Shown one piece after another: positions 58,701-64,000 of a DNA stretch of 64,000 bases. The notes under the pieces are model-generated. The model worked only from the letters and a program-made list of their open reading frames with translations. It ran no database searches and was not told where the DNA came from. Position 1 is the first letter of the stretch; every line of letters starts with the position of its first letter. Source of the DNA: Gordius albopunctatus (taxonomy: Eukaryota); contig OZ193909.1 in assembly GCA_964276515.1 (NCBI GenBank), positions 9,176,001 to 9,240,000 on the forward strand, given 5' to 3'. The translations under genes were made by a program, and so were the position numbers.

Positions 58701-61700
58701 CGCATATAGCATGTTTTAAAAATTCAGCACTCACGTCGCGATAAAACAAACTAATCGCAACAATATAACGTCGTCTTTCCTCAAAATGATAGTTCTCGCA
58801 GCTTAAAACTTCTTATAAGGAGTCGATCGAGATTATTAGGATTCTCAAATTAGCTTACTTTTATATATTTTTTCAAGATCTTTTACATCAAATAACAAAA
58901 CATATATTTTTTTAGCTCAAAATATTTAAAATTATTTCCATTAACACATATTCATCCGATGAAAGTTGTTATTTTCAGACGTGTATTCCATGATAAGAAG
59001 TAAAAATTTATCACAATTAGATAAATATTACTTTGAAATAATCATCGCATATAGCATGTTTTAAAAATTCAGCACTCTCGTCGCGATGAAACAAACTAAT
59101 CGCAACAATATAACGTCGTCTTTCCTCAAAATGATAGTTCTCGCAGCTTAAAACTTCTTATAAGGAGTCGATCGAGATTATTAGGATTCTCAAATTAGCT
59201 TACTTTTATATATTTTTTCAAGATCTTTTACATCAAATAACAAAACATATATTTTTTTAGCTCAAAATATTTAAAATTATTTCCATTAACACATATTCAT
59301 CCGATGAAAGTTGTTATTTTCAGACGTGTATTCCATGATAAGAAGTAAAAATTTATCACAATTAGATAAATATTACTTTGAAATAATCATCGCATATAGC
59401 ATGTTTCAAAAATTCAGAACTCTCGTCGCGATAAAACAAACTAATCGCAACAATATAACGTCGTCTTTCCTCAAAATGATAGTTCTCGCAGCTTAAAACT
59501 TCTTATAAGGAGTCGATCGAGATTATTAGGATTCTCAAATTAGCTTACTTTGATATATTTTTTCAAGTTCTTTTACATAAAATAACAAAATATATATTTT
59601 TTAGCTCAAAATATTTCAAATTTTTTCCATTAAACCATATTCATCCGATGAAAGTTGTTATTTTCAGATTGTATTCCATGATAAGAAGTAAAAATTTATC
59701 ACAATTAGATAAATATTACTTTGAAATAATCATCGCATATAGCATGTTTTAAAAATTCAGCACTCTCGTCGCGATGAAACAAACTAATCGCAACAATATA
59801 ACGTTGTCTTTCCTCAAAATGATAGTTCTCGCAGCTTAAAACTTCTTATAAGGAGTCGATCGCGATTAATAGGATTCTCAAATTAGCTTACTTATATATA
59901 TATTTTTTCAAGTTCTTTTACATAAATTAACAAAAAATATATTTTTTAGCTCAAAATATTTCAAATTTTTTCCATTAAACCATATTCATCCGATGAAAGT
60001 TGTTATTTTCAGATTGTATTCCATGATAAGAAGTAAAAATTTATCACAATTAGATAAATATTACTTTGAAATAATCATCGCATATAGCATGTTTCAAAAA
60101 TTCAGAACTCTCGTCGCGATAAAACAAACTAATCGCAACAATATAACGTTGTCTTTCATCAAAATGATAGTTCTCGCAGCTTAAAACTTCTTATAAGGAG
60201 TCGATCGAGATTAATAGGATTCTCAAATTAGCTTACTTTTATATATTTTTCCAAGATCTTTTACATCAAATAACAAAACATATATTTTTTTAGCTCAAAA
60301 TATTTAAAATTATTTCCATTAACACATATTCATCCGATGAAAGTTGTTATTTTCAGACGTGTATTCCATGATAAGAAGTAAAAATTTATCAGAATTAAAT
60401 AACTATCACTTTGAAATCATCATCGCATATAGCATGTTTTAAAAATTCAGCACTCACGTCGCGATAAAACAAACTAATCGCAACAATATAACGTCGTCTT
60501 TCCTCAAAATGATAGTTCTCGCAGCTTAAAACTTCTTATAAGGAGTCGATCGAGATTATTAGGATTCTCAAATTAGCTTACTTATATATATATTTTTTCA
60601 AGTTCTTTTACATAAATTAACAAAAAATATATTTTTTAGCTCAAAATATTTCAAATTTTTTCCATTAAACCATATTCATCCGATGAAAGTTGTTATTTTC
60701 AGATTGTATTCCATGATAAGAAGTAAAAATTTATCACAATTAGATAAATATTACTTTGAAATAATCATCGCATATAGCATGTTTCAAAAATTCAGAACTC
60801 TCGTCGCGATAAAACAAACTAATCGCAACAATATAACGTCGTCTTTTCTCAAAATGATAGTTCTCGCAGCTTAAAACTTCTTATAAGGAGTCGATCGAGA
60901 TTATTAGGATTCTCAAATTAGCTTACTTTGATATATTTTTTCAAGTTCTTTTACATAAAATAACAAAATATATGTTTTTTAGCTCAAAATATTTAAAATT
61001 ATTTCCATTAACACATATTCATCCGATGAAAGTTGTTACTTTCAGACGTGTATTCCATAATAAGAAGTAAAAATTTATGAGAATTATATAACTATCACTT
61101 TGAAATCATCATCGCATATAGCATGTTTTAAAAATTCAGCACTCTCGTCGCGATGAAACAAACTAATCGCAACAATATAACGTTGTCTTTCCTCAAAATG
61201 ATAGTTCTCGCAGCTTAAAACTTCTTATAAGGAGTCGATCGCGATTAATAGGATTCTCAAATTAGCTTACTTATATATATATTTTTTCAAGTTCTTTTAC
61301 ATAAATTAACAAAAAATATATTTTTTAGCTCAAAATATTTCAAATTTTTTCCATTAAACCATATTCATCCGATGAAAGTTGTTATTTTCAGATTGTATTC
61401 CATGATAAGAAGTAAAAATTTATCACAATTAGATAAATATTACTTTGAAATAATCATCGCATATAGCATGTTTCAAAAATTCAGAACTCTCGTCGCGATA
61501 AAACAAACTAATCGCAACAATATAACGTTGTCTTTCATCAAAATGATAGTTCTCGCAGCTTAAAACTTCTTATAAGGAGTCGATCGAGATTAATAGGATT
61601 CTCAAATTAGCTTACTTTTATATATTTTTCCAAGATCTTTTACATCAAATAACAAAACATATATTTTTTTAGCTCAAAATATTTAAAATTATTTCCATTA

Positions 61701-62960
61701 ACACATATTCATCCGATGAAAGTTGTTATTTTCAGACGTGTATTCCATGATAAGAAGTAAAAATTTATCAGAATTAAATAACTATCACTTTGAAATCATC
61801 ATCGCATATAGCATGTTTTAAAAATTCAGCACTCACGTCGCGATAAAACAAACTAATCGCTACAATATAACGTCGTCTTTCCTCAAAATGATAGTTCTCG
61901 CAGCTTAAAACTTCTTATAAGGAGTCGATCGAGATTATTAGGATTCTCAAATTAGCTTACTTATATATATATTTTTTCAAGTTCTTTTACATAAATTAAC
62001 AAAAAATATATTTTTTAGCTCAAAATATTTCAAATTTTTTCCATTAAACCATATTCATCCGATGAAAGTTGTTATTTTCAGATTGTATTCCATGATAAGA
62101 AGTAAAAATTTATCACAATTAGATAAATATTACTTTGAAATAATCATCGCATATAGCATGTTTCAAAAATTCAGAACTCTCGTCGCGATAAAACAAACTA
62201 ATCGCAACAATATAACGTCGTCTTTCCTCAAAATGATAGTTCTCGCAGCTTAAAACTTCTTATAAGGAGTCGATCGAGATTATTAGGATTCTCAAATTAG
62301 CTTACTTATATATATATTTTTTCAAGTTCTTTTACATAAATTAACAAAAAATATATTTTTTAGCTCAAAATATTTCAAATTTTTTCCATTAAACCATATT
62401 CATCCGATGAAAGTTGTTATTTTCAGATTGTATTCCATGATAAGAAGTAAAAATTTATCACAATTAGATAAATATTACTTTGAAATAATCATCGCATATA
62501 GCATGTTTCAAAAATTCAGCACTCTCGTCGCGATGAAACAAACTAATCGCAACAATATAACGTTGTCTTTCCTCAAAATGATAGTTCTCGCATTTTAAAA
62601 CTTCTTATAAGGAGTCAATCGAGATTAATAGGATTCTCAAATTAGCGTACTTTAATATATTTTTTCAAGTTCTTTTACATAAAATAACAAAATATATATT
62701 TTTTATCTCAAAATATTTAAAATTATTTCCATTAACACATATTCATCCGATGAAAGTTGTTATTTTCAGACGTGTATTCCATGATAAGAAGTAAAAATTT
62801 ATCAGAATTAAATAACTATCACTTTGAAATCATCATCGCATATAGCATGTTTTAAAAATTCAGCACTCACGTCGCGATAAAACAAACTAATCGCAACAAT
62901 ATAACGTTGTCTTTCCTCAAAATGATAGTTCTCGCAGCTTAAAACTTCTTATAAGGAGTC
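49800..62960 (+). repeat. Large tandem block duplication (18-monomer unit; the second copy carries 2 extra monomers)
   Basis: Offset 6204: 49998/56202, 50687/56891, 51376/57580, and private AATGGGATTC at 51254/57458. Offset 6894: 52417/59311, 53099/59993, 53789/60683, 54478/61372, 55168/62062, 55513/62407, and private CCATAATAAG at 54165/61059. Confidence 0.85.
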
Positions 62961-64000
62961 GATCGAGATTATTAGGATTCTCAAATTAGCTTACTTATAT
63001 ATATATTTTTTCAAGTTCTTTTACATAAATTAACAAAAAATATATTTTTTAGCTCAAAATATTTCAAATTATTTCCATTAACACATATTCATCCGATGAA
63101 AGTTGTTATTTTCAGACGTGTATTCCATGATAAGAAGTAAAAATTTATCAGAATTAAATAACTATCACTTTGAAATCATCATCGCATATAGCATGTTTTA
63201 AAAATTCAGCACTCTCATCGCGATGAAACAAACTAATCGCAACAATATAACGTTGTCTTTCATCAAAATGATAGTTCTCGCAGCTTAAAACTTCTTATAA
63301 GGAGTCGATCGAGATTAATAGGATTCTCAAATTAGCTTACTTTTATATATTTTTTCAAGTTCTTTTACATAAAATAACAAAATATATATTTTTTAGCTCA
63401 AAATATTTCAAATTATTTCCATTAACACATATTCATCCGATGAAAGTTGTTATTTTCAGACGTGTATTCCATGATAAGAAGTAAAAATTTATCAGAATTA
63501 AATAACTATCACTTTGAAATCATCATCGCATATAGCATGTTTTAAAAATTCAGCACTCACGTCGCGATAAAACAAACTAATCGCAACAATATAACGTCGT
63601 CTTTCCTCAAAATGATAGTTCTCGCAGCTTAAAACTTCTTATAAGGAGTCGATCGAGATTATTAGGATTCTCAAATTAGCTTACTTATATATATATTTTT
63701 TCAAGTTCTTTTACATAAATTAACAAAAAATATATTTTTTAGCTCAAAATATTTCAAATTATTTCCATTAACACATATTCATCCGATGAAAGTTGTTATT
63801 TTCAGACGTGTATTCCATGATAAGAAGTAAAAATTTATCAGAATTAAATAACTATCACTTTGAAATCATCATCCGATATAGCATGTTTTAAAAATTCAGC
63901 ACTCTCATCGCGATGAAACAAACTAATCGCAACAATATAACGTTGTCTTTCATCAAAATGATAGTTCTCGCAGCTTAAAACTTCTTATAAGGAGTCGATC

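Larger units (their letters stand above)
1..64000 (+). repeat. Tandem satellite DNA array, ~344-bp AT-rich monomer, ~186 head-to-tail copies, open at both window ends
   Basis: The same motifs recur about every 344 bp throughout, e.g. CATATTCATCCGATGAAAGTTGTTA, CAAAATGATAGTTCTCGCAGCTTAAAACTTCTTA and GGAGTCGATCGAGATT. ORF-track end coordinates step by ~343-346 or multiples of it (4715, 5060, 5750, 6785, 7130, 7475...). All ORFs are on the + strand, and I saw no inverted monomers or non-satellite insertions. Confidence 0.99.
13541..64000 (+). repeat. Satellite subfamily B domain (~146 monomers)
   Basis: Diagnostic variants: CAAGTTCTTTT / CAAGATCTTTT; TAGGATTCTC; GATAAATATTAC; CAGAATTATATAACTATCAC / CAGAATTAAATAACTATCAC; TTCAGAACTC; CACTCACGTC; AACGTCGTC; CAGATTGTATTCC. 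I did not see these before ~13.5 kb. Confidence 0.9.

Noticed and set aside
91..62598. About 100 near-identical 61-63 aa ORFs (MLFSDV.../MKVVIF...) as a tandem small-protein gene family
   Set aside because: They are a by-product of the repeat unit. Many start at TTG, the N-terminal frame changes with small indels, and many monomers carry a TAA stop (TTTTAA variant) or frameshifting deletions. Most common variants change amino acids and I recognise no domain.
1..64000. CRISPR array or repeat-spacer system
   Set aside because: The entire ~344-bp unit is repeated. There are no unique spacers and no cas or other genes.
1..64000. Assignment to a named satellite family or presence of a CENP-B box
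   Set aside because: Monomer length and AT content resemble several insect satellites, but I cannot match the sequence from memory. I saw no canonical TTCG-N4-A-N2-CGGG motif.
1..64000. Transposon, MITE or Helitron insertion, or an inversion
   Set aside because: I saw no non-satellite segment, terminal repeats with target-site duplications, or strand switch. Monomer phase is kept throughout.

Overview
The whole 64 kb window is one uninterrupted head-to-tail tandem array of an AT-rich satellite DNA. The monomer is about 337-346 bp, mostly 343-346, giving roughly 186 copies all in the same orientation; a hand count of one monomer gives about 28% GC. I see no genes, RNA genes, transposons or CRISPR spacers, and the 61-110 aa ORFs are by-products of the repeat. 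The interesting content is internal architecture. There are two sequence subfamilies (A: 1-~13,510; B: ~13,541-64,000) joined in register inside one chimeric monomer. There are several local higher-order repeats (dimers, trimers, ~2.06 kb hexamers), larger block duplications (offsets ~2.76, 6.2-6.9, 8.6 and 15.2 kb), and a distinct homogenised sub-domain at ~35.8-45.7 kb. The monomer is dense in short inverted repeats and is not CpG-depleted. This looks like eukaryotic (peri)centromeric or heterochromatic satellite. The organism, the family and any centromeric function cannot be determined from the sequence alone. I found no credible novel protein-coding system.
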